Of a stretch of 64,000 nt of DNA, positions 23,701 to 37,289 are shown piece after piece. The stretch lies in the NCBI RefSeq assembly GCF_009834535.1, contig NC_045697.1:64606001-64670000 (forward strand), written 5' to 3'. Each line of letters opens with the position of its first letter. Positions within the stretch are counted from its first letter, which is position 1. This DNA comes from Camelus ferus (lineage: Eukaryota). The notes below the pieces were generated by a model. That model was not told the DNA's origin. It made no database searches and saw only the letters and a list, made by a program, of their open reading frames with translations. The position numbers were made by a program, and so were the translations under genes.

Positions 23701-25725
23701 AAAAGATAAAAAGTCTGAGGAAAAATCAGGTAGTAGTATAAACAAAATATTAAAAAGCAAAAGATATTTATTATTAAATAAAGCCATTGCATATGTTAAA
23801 ACATATGTCAATGGCTTATATATAACTGCTATTTCAATAAATACATTATTTATTGAATAATTTTGAATTTATACAGAAATATTATGACTGATTTCTAGGA
23901 ACCAGGGAAGAAAAATCAGCCAAAGCTGTGGAGGACTAGAAGAGTTAATTAACTCCACATATTTGGTTTCATGTTTAGCAATGTGATTGATGTATAAAAT
24001 GATTCACACTATATGTGTCAATCATTAATTTGATACTGCTGATAATGTAAATTGGAAGATACCTATCTGTGCTTATTTCTCAATTGTATATGTAATATGC
24101 TTAACAAAACCTAACAGAGCAGACATTCTTGGTGGAATATAATAATTTCAGTGTTCACTATTACTGACCTGAGGGCTGTTAGTTTAACTGAATAGTTAAT
24201 AGTAATTTATCTATGTATACTTCTGATGTCAGTTATATTAATACAAACCATGTGTAACTTTAGATAGTAAAATAAGGATATTTCTCACTGTCCTAGTTAT
24301 AACTCAACTCTAGGAATAAAGAAGTATAATAGCGATTGAGGGATGATATCTAGAAATATCCAGAAATGGTAAATTCTGATCTTTTTCTTCTTCCTTCTTA
24401 TGTACCCAAATTATATTTGTACTTCTTTATTCTGTATAGGAGATACTATTAAAAGACAAGACAGTAAAAACAAGTATGCATGACAGAAAAGTAGGCAAGG
24501 TATGTGGAGAATGAGATACTCTGTGAAGTATATTTTTATAAGCCTTGATGGTGCCTCCCAGTGTGTCCCTCAATGAACAGAAGAGAGGAATGTTTGTTGA
24601 AGATTATCTCCCTTGACATTTCCTGGCTGACTAGACAATTAGACCAAGGTAAGTAGGAGAGTGTGCCATGTTGTGGTACCTGTGCCCCAGATGCAGAAAC
24701 ATTAATAAGGGTGCACTTAGTGGGGAGAAAGAAGGCTGGAAATATAAGTGGCCCTGGAAAGCTACCTGTAGTGGGTATTATTTTAGTAAAAATGCAGGAG
24801 AAATTACCAGAACACGGAAGTAATAGGTTACGCATTTTAAGAACTTTCTCAGGTTAGAAGGGACCTATTTTTACATTTTCTCTAAGATGTTCTAAAGTCT
24901 GTGGTGTAAATAAAATTTCTCTCCACTAATTCAAAATCTCAACATTTTCCTTCCTTTATGAAACAAATTTGCTGAAGTTAAAACATACAATGAACAAAAG
25001 ACAATACATCTTCCAATATTTTATTTGATTTAAAAAGCTTTATTGTTTTTGGAATAGGTATTATGAGGTTCCTACCAGCACTGCCTGCTGCTTAAAAAGA
25101 TTGTTTGCTCATCTTCTGCCAGAAAACCCTAAAAGAGATCAATCTTCCCCCAGATCATTTTGCTGAGGGCAATTGTTGATACTGCTGTCAGAAAAAAAGA
25201 GGACAGTTTTATGTAGATGGAAGAGTTCTGGCTATTTAGGTCATTGGCTGTATTGAAAATCATAAGAAACCTTTGAATTCTTTGATTTCATATTTTCTCA
25301 GTATCCTGCATGCAGTTTTAGCATTTTCCTGATGTCTCAATAGTATTCCCAATACTACAGTTACAGTAATATCCTTGGGTCTCTCTCTAGTCAGCAACAA
25401 TCTCTTTTATATTGTCTCTGACTTTCATACTTCCAAGTGACTATCTTCTGAAGATCAATATCATTCCTCATCCTGAGGAAGGGGGAAAGTACAATCTAAA
25501 TCAACATGCCACGTATTGGGTAGATTGAGCAGTAACCACCCTAGCTCTAAGACTCATTTCATCATCACTGGGATCCTGCGTTGCTCTCCAAGTCTTGTTC
25601 CTGTTGAGCAATCCTAGGTATACGGTACTCCATCAGTGACCATTAAACATCGAGCATTCTCTATCCCCATGAAGCTCCTTTCACACACAGATATTTAATT
25701 CAATTCTTGGTTTATTGTATTCTAT

Positions 25726-25728
<3 letters not shown>

Positions 25729-25762
<34 letters not shown>
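25729..25762. repeat. (TG)17 microsatellite
   Basis: Directly visible. Confidence 0.97.
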
Positions 25763-25770
<8 letters not shown>

Positions 25771-26609
25771 TATGGGACAGGCCTGTCTCTTGAACCCCGA
25801 CATCAGAGCTGACTTCCTATTATACATTATTGTTGTTAAAATACTATTATCTAGTCTCACTATTATAGAGATAAAATTAGGAAAGTTAGTAAGTACTGTA
25901 AGATAAATAGGTTTTGTGGTCAGTGGCATGTGGAATATTAACATACTACATCTCTCTTTATGGGATCACAGTGTATGTTAGCATATATCCTCAGTAGCAT
26001 CAAGATAATGGAAACTGACCCTTAATTCTGTTTAACCCAATAGTTTTCAAATAGATATGCATGCATAACAATTTTTGTAGCAGACTATTTAATACTATAA
26101 TGTTGATATGTAAAAGCTTGAAGTTCTGTACTAGGCAATTAGTGAAATGCTTATCTGTAAAAATAACTTCCGCAATACCGTGTTATGGCCACCAGTGTTT
26201 GACAGCGTTACATAGAAATTATGGTTTATTAAAAGTGACCACTTACTTGGTTTTACTGTACTTCTCATACATAGCAGAGGGATGGGAAAGGAATAGCATG
26301 AAGTTTGCAAATTTAAAAACTTTATAAAATGTTTTTTAAATTATTTTCCTTTATCTAAAAGAAACTTAGTGATTCTGATATGACATGAATATGATTCCCT
26401 TCATGGAAAGTTCATGTGGCTGTCTTCTCTGGAGGGTAATAACCTTGAGAACTAACCGTTAAAATGGTGTCATGTTCAGCTTCACTGTTTATAAGAACTT
26501 GTTTTAATACCTAATAGAACCTACTTCCATTTTAGTGGATTGCTATGAATGTCATGATTATTCAAGTAGGTACTACAGTCTTTATGATTAGAATGTCCTT
26601 CAGATATAC

Positions 26610-27730
26610 TGTAAGGGAAAAGATGTAGAGTTAACATGTCTAGATTTCAATAAGATGTTTCAAAGGTGTCTTTTAATGTCCCTGTTGGCAAGATGGAAAA
26701 ATATTGACTGATGATAGAGCCAGGCAGGATTATAATTGGTTGAAAGATCATATTCAGATAACCCTGAGTTATGGATTAGTAGTAATTGGAAGGTTTGTCT
26801 TAGGACTCCATCCTTGACTCTGTCATATTCTAAAATTTCATTAAGTTAGATAAGAATTTTGGAAACAGTATTTCTCAGACTTGCAGGTGCTATGAAGCTG
26901 GAAAGAATATTAAATGTGTTTAATATGTTGAATTACAAAATAGAATTTCCAAGAAACTGGGAAAAACTGAAATATTAGACGGAGATTGTCAGATGTTTAA
27001 CAGAGTTAACTCTAAAACCTTAAAAAATTAACATCAGTAAAAACAAGTGCACAATTACAGAAAAGGACACATTTTATTTGACTACAGCATGCATGTTTAA
27101 CTTGACTCTGAACTCAGTGTGGGAGGGAGAGATAAACTAACGTTAGTTGAGTGTGTAATACATATGTACCTTGGGCTTTTATATACTCTTGTAATTTATC
27201 TTCAGCAACAAAATAATGAGATCATAAGTACTATACATAGTATACCAATAAAGAAAATTAAATAAATGAAAATAACCTGTCCCATAACATTAAGCAAATA
27301 AGTGTCAGAACAGATCTTTAGTCCCTAATCTATTAGAATACTTGTTGTTATCAGTAGGTTGTAAAACTACAGGATTCTGTTAGAAAGAGTGAAAAAGATG
27401 ACTCTGGCTTGATCTGGCCACAACTGGTGGCTGTTTTTAGGTCTGGCCATAGTTGCAGAGGGATAATAGTAGAATGGATCAAGTCCAGAGGAGAATAGAC
27501 AAAATAACTTCATATCATGTGCATTTAATGCAGTTTGACTCTGTGTATTTTATTTTAAATAAGAAAAATTTCTGGTAGGATGTGGTAGGTGAGTTAACAA
27601 AATTCAAAAGCTATTATGTTACAGAAAAATTAGATTTTTTTCTTCTGTTGGCCTCTACAGGGAAAAACTAGGATTAATGAAGGGAATCTGGAGAGTTGTA
27701 GATTTTATTCAACATGAGAGAATTTTTATG
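26610..27730 (+). mobile_element. L3/CR1 LINE remnant (RT region to 3' part), with a probable MIR inside at about 27150-27340
   Basis: gatgtagagttaacatgtctagatttcaataagatgtttcaaaggtgtc...ggcaagatggaaaaatat...tataattggttgaaag resembles the CR1 RT YLDFSKAFD..V region; ttgcaggtgctatgaagctgg resembles FADDTKL. Confidence 0.65.
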
Positions 27731-27814
27731 TATTGCTGCTTTATTTTTTATCCTTCTTATTATCTTATGATATACTCTCTATATTTTTATCTTGTATATT
27801 TTCTCTTTTTCTCA

Positions 27815-27930
27815 CTAATATAAAAGTTCCACGATGTTAGGAATTTGTGTCTTTTTAACCACACCTTTCCTGGTGCCGAGAACAGTACCTGGGATAAAAT
27901 AAACATCCTAATAAAATTTGTTGAATGAAA
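27815..27930 (+). mobile_element. L2 3' end
   Basis: cctggtgccgagaacagtacctggg...aataaaatttgttgaatgaa. Confidence 0.7.
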
Positions 27931-30689
27931 AAAGTCAAACCAGAAATTTTTGGATTCAGTTTTGATCCTAGCAAATAACATTCTCCTTACTAGCAAATTG
28001 TGTTTTCCTTACTGTTAATCAAATAAATATTCAAATAATTTGTGAATTTACAAATTTACAAAAATTCATGTAATTTAATGTCAAGAACCATTGGATTCTC
28101 TAAAAGTCACATTAGAAATAATGACCAATAATGATTATTAATCCATCAGTGTCTATATGGAATATAATTTGCAATATCTTATATATTGGTATGTCACATA
28201 TTGTCATCAAGCAGTTTCAGAGAAGTGTGAGAGCAGTGAAGTTAAATGCTAAGCAGTTTGCTTGCTAGCTGTATCATCTTGAAGGATTTACACAACTTTA
28301 TGATTTGTGTTTCTTCATCTGAAATTATCAGTACCTACCTCATGAAAATTATTTTAAAGTATTAAAAGCTATAATGTATGTAGTAAAGTGAGTATAAATA
28401 TTAAATAATATTATCAATATTAGTAGTAAATAGTAGTTACTCTTATCAGGACTACTCACTACTCAAACTGTTTACTTGAAAATAATAAATATCAAGGTTT
28501 ATAACAACCATCTAACATTTAGAACTGCTTACTGGGGTTTTGACCAAAAAATCCATAGTTCTTTTGACCTTCAGATAAAGAAGCAAAGTGTTAGAATTTG
28601 GGATAAAGAGAAGACTGAGTGAATTACAGATAAAGATAAAAAAATTTGTTCTCGAGGAATGTGTATTGTCTCTGTACCCATTTTTTTCTTCTCACTCACT
28701 ACTTTAGTCTTTTTAGGTACAACCCCTTTTCTCTGCTTCCCTTGTTGCTCTGGAAGGATTGAACATAATAGCCAGTTGAGTTGCCACAGGCAGCTTTGCT
28801 ATAAAAGACTGGCACAGTCTCTCCCATTACAGCGTTTTCTTCCCTTTTGTGAAAAGACTCCCACCCTGATATCTGCTGCTGAGAGCCATGCTGAAATAGC
28901 CATTTAAAAAACGACCCTCCTTCAGGCTATGGCACGTCTGTCATGGTGTCTTTGTCTTCACTCTGTTTTTGAAAAATCCACAGTTTTTTGTGGTAAACTT
29001 TATTCTGTTTTATGAAAACATACCACTGACAACTACCAATAAGATTCAGTATGACTTTAGTCATTGCAGATTTACATTGGTTGACTTAAAAACACACTTC
29101 ATTTATCTAGCCTGAGCATTTATCATCTTAAAAAAAGCTTTTCTTTTTAAAAAATTATGTGTATTACTGTGAACCATTGAAAAGTAAATTGCATGCATAA
29201 TAATTCTTTAATTGTGGATACTCCAGTATGCATTTACAGAAAAAATAAAGATAATCTCTTATGCTTTTACATAACTGCAGTAGTTACCAAATTAGAACAT
29301 TAATGCTGATACCTTACTAATTATCTAAACTATAGTCATTATTCAAATATTGTTGTTTTTCCCCAGTAATGTCTTTTATAGGTATAGAAAAAAAACCTTT
29401 AATTTTTGGAAATATTATCATTTTGCCAGGATATTCCATTATTGCCACTCCTAGCCTCTATTACTGAAAACTGTGCTTTTGGTAATAACTTACTTTGAAG
29501 ATAGTGCCAATTATAGTCATGTTTATCATTATCTTTTCCCCCTCATTTGTATAGGCAATCTGTAGAATCATGCCTGTTAATCTTAAGAGACTTCTCTCTT
29601 AAATTTCTAACTTTTTTTTTAGATATAGAACAAATTACATTTCATGTAAATTTATACTTCTTGCATAAAAATTAGAGAGGCAGGTACAGTAACCCCAAAT
29701 TAAACAAAAATTGTTCATAACTATAATGTGGAGTTAAAATTTAATGTAATATGAGCATGTAAATCTTGTAATCTTAGATGTTGCTTCCTTTTCTAAATGT
29801 GAATTTAATTTAGCATTAATTAATAAGTATCTTTAGTTATATAATTAAAGAATATATTTCATGGTAGTAATATACCATGGAAGTCTTTCATTTGAACACA
29901 TCTGTATATTTATTTTAAAACAGAGGACATAGTCAGATAAGATCCTGTAATTACATTGAAAATATCTAGTAAAAATCTTAAAATATAAAAGCTTATTTTC
30001 AATAACTGCATCTTAGAGACATATTTTCAAGGAATTTACTGATACTCTTGATGGTTTTCCAAATCATGTTTTAAAAATGTCTGGTTTACTGCTTTTTTAA
30101 CACTGACAAAAATGTTTCATTGCATACATCCTTAAACACTGCTACTTTTCATTTGATGAGCACCAACAAAACATTAAAAGTGTTGTCATCATGCATCTGT
30201 GTACTTCTAGTCCTTTTGATTGATGGCTTGATTTAAATAATGTTGTGTCAAACCAGTAATGCCATAGTTCTTAATCCTTTTAGTGCCAGAGTGCACAAAA
30301 TGTAGTTTGTGATTACATCTAAATTCTTCAGATAAAGCTCAGTTAAAGGATAAGACAGAAGTATGAACAGAGTTATTATTTTCCATTAGAGTTGTAAACC
30401 ATAGTAGAGGCTATAATTCCAGGAACAAGAAGTTGCAAACAGCTTTCTTCTTTTGAAAGTTACTTATAAATTTACTTAAATGACCTACTCTATTTTTTGA
30501 TTCAAAAAATACTGTATACTATGAATAGGACAAATGAGCAGGTAAAGTGCATTAAGTGTAACACATGATTATATATAAAAATATTTTCTGCATTTAAGTC
30601 TCAGATCTGGAAAGACTGACAATAACTTAATATAACTGATGCTAAAGAAAGCACCAATAAAGTCAGTTTTCAAAACAATGTTTTCTTTG

Positions 30690-31040
30690 TTTTTACTTTA
30701 TTATTTTTTAACTGAAGTATTGTTGATTTACAATAATATATTAATTTCAGATGTATAACAAGGTGATTCAGTATTTTTATAGATTATACTCCATTGCAAG
30801 ATATTATAAAATAATTGATATATTTCCCTGTGCTATACAGTATATCCTTGTTGCTTATTTATTTTATACATAGTAGTTTGTATCTCAGTCCCATACCCCT
30901 ATCTTGTCCCTTCCCATTTCCTTCTCTCTACTGGTAACCACTAGTTTGTTCTCCATATTTGTGAATCTGTTTCTGTTTTGTTATATACATTTTTTTTTTA
31001 TTGAAGTCAGTTACAATGTGTCTACCATTCTGTATGTACA
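30690..31040 (-). mobile_element. Cetartiodactyl-type L1 3'UTR plus a second very short L1 tail (30990-31040)
   Basis: actgaagtattgttgatttacaat...ttccctgtgctatacagtatatccttgttg...ctggtaaccactagtttgttctc, then poly-T-attgaagtcagttacaatgtgtc. Confidence 0.85.
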
Positions 31041-32692
31041 TATATGTGTGTTTGCGTGTGTATCTTTGCAGGTATGAGGTTGTGTAGCATAATATGAATC
31101 AATACAATAGGAAGAGGAAGGCATGATGGAGAAACAGAATGGTAGTGGGACAGGGAACTTATCTGAAAAGAGGATATGAAGGAGGATCAAGATAAACAAT
31201 GGAGGGAAAGCCCAAGTTATCAACATAAAATATAAGAATAAAATAAAGAATAAAGAATGGGAGTATACAAATGAAGGCTTAGATAATGATTCGATATTAG
31301 TGAGAGTAAGGAAGAAGCAAAAATACAGTAACCGAAAACAAAAAAGAGGAGAGAGAACACTTGCAAAAAATGAAACAAAACCCAAAAATACAAGCACAAA
31401 AATATATAATGAATTAAAATATACGTTGAAAAGGTAGAGTGACTGGTCTTGAAACTGCCATCATCACACTAATGGTAATTACTTTTTCTGAATTTTTATT
31501 TCCTAAACCTCATTTTACTCAGCCTACATTATAATTAGCATAAATCTGAGTATTTCTGAATTTAGTAATCTAGAATATTAAACATATTTATTTGTGATCG
31601 AGAGTTAATTATATAGGGAAATATTTGTCCTGTGTAAGTTTTGGTTTCATTTCAGTTCTTTCTATGTTTTAAAATTTTCTTTAATTGAACAGTTATTATA
31701 GTTTTATTCACATAATCCCTGGAATCAGACTGGCTGGGTCAAATTCTCCCTTTTTATGAAATTTGTGATTAGTTCCTACAAATAACACACTGTTTGAATT
31801 TAAAGAATTTAATAAAACAAATATGATACTGCTCCTGTTTCATAATATTATTTTGTGTCAAAAGGAGGAACGTTTTTATTAATTTTCCCCATGGAGATTC
31901 TTTGGAAATTTAGACATAGATCTCCTATTTCTATCTACATATTTCATTTAATAATAATAGTGGCAGGCTAGGTGCCATGGATTAGCCACATTTTGGAACA
32001 GTGTTATATAATCTGAACCCAGAAATTCAGTAGTATTTAAGTGCTTAGTTTTATAGAAGACATCTACCACTTAATAATTAATGTATACTAACCAAGTTCT
32101 TACGCTATTTGATGAAACAGAACAATTGAATTCATAATACCTGAATTCATAATTAGAGATATACCTAAACCCAAAACTAGACAAAATTATCTGAAAAATA
32201 TTGTCTTTCATATATAATGGTCCATTCGGGGAAAAAAAAGACTATTGGCCAACTGAGTATAAACATGTATCAGAATAAAAATACTTGTATATTCATCTTA
32301 ATGGAATTTTTATGTTAAAATCTGGTGATTTGATGGAATACCTTCCTGATTAGATATATTTCTACAGTTAGTGATGGTCATTCTGAATAAGATCAATTTT
32401 AGTTTATCTGCTTGAGTCACCATGTTTTCAAAACTTTGGAAGCTAAGTTACAAAAGGTGATTTGGTTTGTCCACAGTAACTCAGTGAGCCATTGGAAGTA
32501 CCGCTGATTTATTTTATAGTATCTGCTATGTTTTATTTAGCACCTCAGTGCCTAATTATTCAACTTTAATTTTTGTTTCAATGAAGAACACCAGAACATT
32601 ATTTGTATTTGTAGTAATATAGATAACCACCTACATTTTCACATTTTTTCATAACATGTTATGATTTCTCAATTTTTTTCATTCAGTGTTAT

Positions 32693-32728
32693 CTATACTT
32701 GACCTTAGCCAAAAAGTGAAGAAGTGGT
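32693..32728 (-). pseudogene. 3'-truncated U2 snRNA pseudogene (U2 nt about 1-36)
   Basis: ctatacttgaccttagccaaaaagtgaagaagtggt versus the reverse complement of the U2 5' end, ctacacttgatcttagccaaaaggccgagaagcgat: 28/36 identities, ungapped, ending exactly at U2 nt 1. Confidence 0.75.
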
Positions 32729-33964
32729 TATTTTCACTGATATTATTTGAGAGTTGCTCTGATGGTTATTAAGGCACCATACTTTTACCAAATAATCTAC
32801 TGATCAGTATAGGGTTGTTGCTTAATTCCAAGAATTAGTATTATACGTTATATATAAATTCTGGAAAACTTTTTTCGCAGAGGCCAAACTTCTAATCTTG
32901 TCTTAGATACTGTGGTGTGGCTAGTTTAGGTTCTGTAGTTCACTGGTTACAATGTGCATGAAGCTCCCTACTGATATTTTAACTTAGAGTAATATAAGTT
33001 CTTTGACCCAAGGCTGATAAACAACCTCTCATAAGAATGAAAATAGTTATAGATAAAGCCTGATTAAACATAAACTTCCGAGTCTCTGCACTGAATAATA
33101 GGTTTTTTTATTCTTAAAATTTACTCAGTTTCTCCAAGTCCAACTTGAAAGAATTATTACTGTTTTCTGTAATTATATGTACTCTCAATAAACATTTATT
33201 TTGACTTGATATAGTTACCATTTGCAATCCTTAATTGAAATACATTTGTTTGTGGAAATCAGTGTACATTTTTCCACATCATTTCCTTTTGCTAGCCATA
33301 CTATTTTATAAAATTTAGTTTCTTCTTAAAGAATGATTTTGCTGTTTTGCATTTGTCTGATACTACTTTTAGATTTCCAATAGTTTACTTTACAGTTGTT
33401 TATTCTTCGTGTTAAGTGATAATGGAAAGAAATCTATACTTCATTCTATCAGTGATATATTTGGACAGAATTAACAAAGTCACTAACATATATTTATATT
33501 ACAAAGTGATTTCAAATTTTAAATCAAATGAACATGGCCAATGGTAATATTGTATTTAAAATATAGTGTTTATTATAATTATTCAAAAATTAGCTTGAGA
33601 GATACATTGGGAAGAAATGCTGGTATATAATAAAATAATAGTTTACAGCTCTTTAAAAAGGTCTTCAAATATATTGCCTGTTGACTTGGCAAAAGCCTAC
33701 ATTGCTTAATAGCTGTTATTTTAACCTTTTCACTAATCTGGAAAGAAAAAATTAGCTGAAATGATTTGTGCAGGAAATGATGTTAAATAGGCAGAACCAA
33801 TGCTCAGACCAGGATTTCAAACTCAAAAATTTCGTTCTTGCCATTAACAGTCTGTCTTGCTCCTGATATTTATTCAGTGTAGTTTTCATGAGACTAGAAG
33901 TATGTCTTATAGATAGAACAGCACAGTATCTACAAGATATGGGATATAGTTGTATTAAGCTAGT

Positions 33965-34150
33965 TACACTTACTGAGTATATATTATGTGCCATGTTTTA
34001 AATATATTATTTCCATTCCATGCAACACTCTAAACACTTGAACTTTGGTAGAATTATTCCCATTTTACAGGTAAGAACACTGAAGTTTTGTAACCAATAA
34101 ACATTAGTTATTATTTTTAAGTTGAAGTCTGGATCTGAAAGTCAGACTCT
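33965..34150 (-). mobile_element. MIR SINE, degenerate
   Basis: cacttactgagtatatattatgtgcca...attattcccattttacaggtaagaacactgaag...gtctggatctgaaag. Confidence 0.6.
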
Positions 34151-35827
34151 TTCTGCTTTTTTAAGATATTTGTACTTATGGAAAACTGTATTTTACAAAA
34201 TTTTCATATACTTGGTATCACAGAAACCATACTTTTTGAAATATGTAATAAACTGTTAGGTTTCTTAAACATATGCAGTTTATGAGATAAAAGAATTAGA
34301 TATTATCAACATTTTGGTTTCACTTATTAAAGCCAAACTAATTTTAAAAACGATTTCTTAAGTGGCTTGACATATTGTCTGAAATATTTAGGCTCACTAT
34401 TGGTGAAGTATTCCAGGAACATTTACATTTTAATTTGGCATTATTTTATCCAAGAGGACAAAGACATTTACTTCCATAGTAAGGTATTATTTTTTTTTGA
34501 TAATGGAGAAATAGAAGTAAAGTGCTAAAGGAATAATAAAGAGCTTGTACTATATTATGTTTTTAAGAAAAATGAGGCCCAGAGTGTCTTGCATGTCATA
34601 TTTGCCAAAGATATTTGATAAAGATATTTGATAAATATTTATTGATTTGTGTGTGTGTCAATATCTGTGCCAACTGCTTTTATATACATGTCTTAATGAT
34701 TTTATTTAATTAATAATGTCCCTTGCATTATCATTTGCAGCCAGTAATTCTGAAGGTTCTACTGTTGTAAAGACAACTGCATGTACCATATACAGCGGCT
34801 TAACCTCAGGGGTTATAACTTAATTATGGAGATAAGATCTATACATAAAACGATAGAGATAGCATGAAATGCCAAAATAAGAATATGAACTGTAACTGTT
34901 ATGGATGTGTATGTTAAGAAATTAGCTGTCATGAAATGATTGTGACCCATTATTGTTAATTATCATCTGGCAGAAGCCAAAATCTAAAAGATAGTTCTGC
35001 AGAGCAGAAAAAGTAAGAAAAGGTCCAGCACATCAAATCCTACTTGTGGATGAATTCTAAATAATGAACTCAAATGCACTAGTGCTGACCTATTAACAAT
35101 TTAAATAAAATGATTTTATTCTTTAATTTGTTTCCCTAAAGCATGGGCAAACCATTCATTAACAGCAAACTATTGCTTATTTTTATAGTTATTTGAAATA
35201 TGATAAAATCAAGCATTAATCTATTAGAATGAATCATATGGTAAAATAAAGGTTGAAAAGTAAATCACTTCTTACTTCTTATAATGCAAGTAGTTTAAAA
35301 CCAACATTAGGCATAATTATGAAAAATATAATCCCATTGAAATAACTATGTAAAACATAAAATTCAGAAAAATGTAATAATTATCATAGATAACTTGAGA
35401 AGGATCATTTATTTTATAAAAACTTTCTGTAAATTACTATTGGCTCTTACAAGGTAAAATATTGTTAAAAATTTTTATGTCTCATAAAAGTGACAAGTTC
35501 TTAGTAACAGCTCTCTTATCAGCTATACTGAAAGGAAGGACAAAAGAGATAACTAAAAGGACAATTAAAATTTGTGTGTGTATGTGTGTGTGTGCATTTA
35601 TCCATCTTCAGGTTCTCCATACTGGAGAAATAATGGATGAGCTTAGGCTGTTAGCAAGCCTAGCATTGACTTCAGTCAGAAATCATTGAATGTTATAGTT
35701 AGAAGGAATCTCTAGTTTTTTATATTTACTATATAAAAACTCAAGATCAAGAATATGTAACAATAAATTATTTATATCATCTGTATGGGCTAAACTAGGT
35801 ATAAAAGAAAGTGCTCTCCAACATAGA

Positions 35828-36905
35828 ATAAATTTCTTATATTCACAAGATTGTGCAATCATCACTGCTATCTAATTTTAGAACATTTTTACAACTCCAA
35901 AAAAAAAATCCATACCCATTTGCAGTTACTTCCCATTCACCCCTCCCTCCAGTCTCTAGTAACGACAAATTTACTTTTTTTCTACATAGATTTGCTTTTT
36001 CTAGACATTTCACATGAATTTAATCATGAAATATATGGCCTTTTGTGACTGGTTTCTTTCATTTAGTAAAATGTTTTCAAGATTTATCTACATTGTTGCA
36101 TTACTTTTTCATTGCCAAATAATATTCTATCACAAGGACATACCAATTGTATGGATCCATTCATCAACCAATAGGCATTTAGGTTGTTTTCTCCCCTTTG
36201 GGAAATTATGAATAATGCTGCTGTAAACATTTGTGTGGAACTTTTTGTGTAAATTTATGTTTTCAGTTTTCTTGAATTATACATAAGAGCTGTATCACTC
36301 TGTATTGTGAGAACACTATGCTTAACATTTTGAGGAAGTGCCAAACTGTTTTCCAAAATGGATGGATCATTTTATATTCCCACCAGCAATGCGTAGAAGT
36401 TCCAGCTTCTTCAAATCCTCACCAACACTTGTCGTTGCCTGCTTGCTTTTTTTTTTTTTTTCCAGTATTATCTATCTTTGTGTGTGTGGTAACTGACATC
36501 TCGTTGATGTTTTCATTTGCCTTTCCCTAAAGACTCATGGTGTTGAGAATCTTTTCATGTACTCATTGGCCACTTGTGTATCTTCCTTGGAGAAATATAT
36601 ATTGAAACTTTTTGCCCATTTTAATTGGATTATTTGACTTTTTATTGTTAAGTTTTAAGAGTTCTTTATATATTCTCAGTACGAGTCCCTAATCACATAT
36701 ATGATTTGCAAAAATAATCTCGCATTTTGTAGGTTGTCTTTCATTTTCTTGCTGGTGTCCTTAGATACAAAGAAGTTTAAAATTTGTATGAAGTACAATT
36801 TAATTCTTTTTACTTTTGTTGCTGTGTTTCTGTTGTCATATCTAAGAAACCAGATGTCTAATCTAAGGTCACAAAGACTGACTCTTGTGTTTTATTCTAG
36901 GAGTT
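35828..36905 (-). mobile_element. Old L1 (L1MB/MC-like), ORF2 end plus 3'UTR
   Basis: cacaagattgtgcaatcatcactgctatctaattttagaacatt...attttatattcccaccagcaatg...cttttcatgtactcattggccacttgtgtatcttccttggagaaat. Confidence 0.85.
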
Positions 36906-37289
36906 CATTTACGTTTTTAACAATTCTTTCCCCAAAGGAGTTGATTATTGCAATTTAATAATAGGTTAAAAAATAAATAAATGAGCAAGCAAACAAAGAA
37001 ATATACTAGGAAGGATATATTACTTGTAGTTTATATAGTAATTTTGCCTTCATTCATGCAACAAATATTTTTTGGATACATGCAATGAAGCCAGTATGGT
37101 ATTAGGAGCTGGGCATTTCTAAATAATGACATTTAATTTTACAACCAATTATTTGTGGTAGATATTTTATATAATTTTTTTCCAAAAGGAAACATAGGGT
37201 TAAATAACTTTCCCTAAGTCACTGTGTTGATAAGGAGTGGGGCTAGAGTTCAAAAACGCAGTCTGATTCTAGAGCCCACTTGTAAACAA

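Noticed and set aside
31011..31436. 128-aa minus ORF and a nearly open Lys-rich plus frame in a purine-rich tract
   Set aside because: Compositional bias suppresses stop codons; the plus frame has an internal TGA; no recognisable homology
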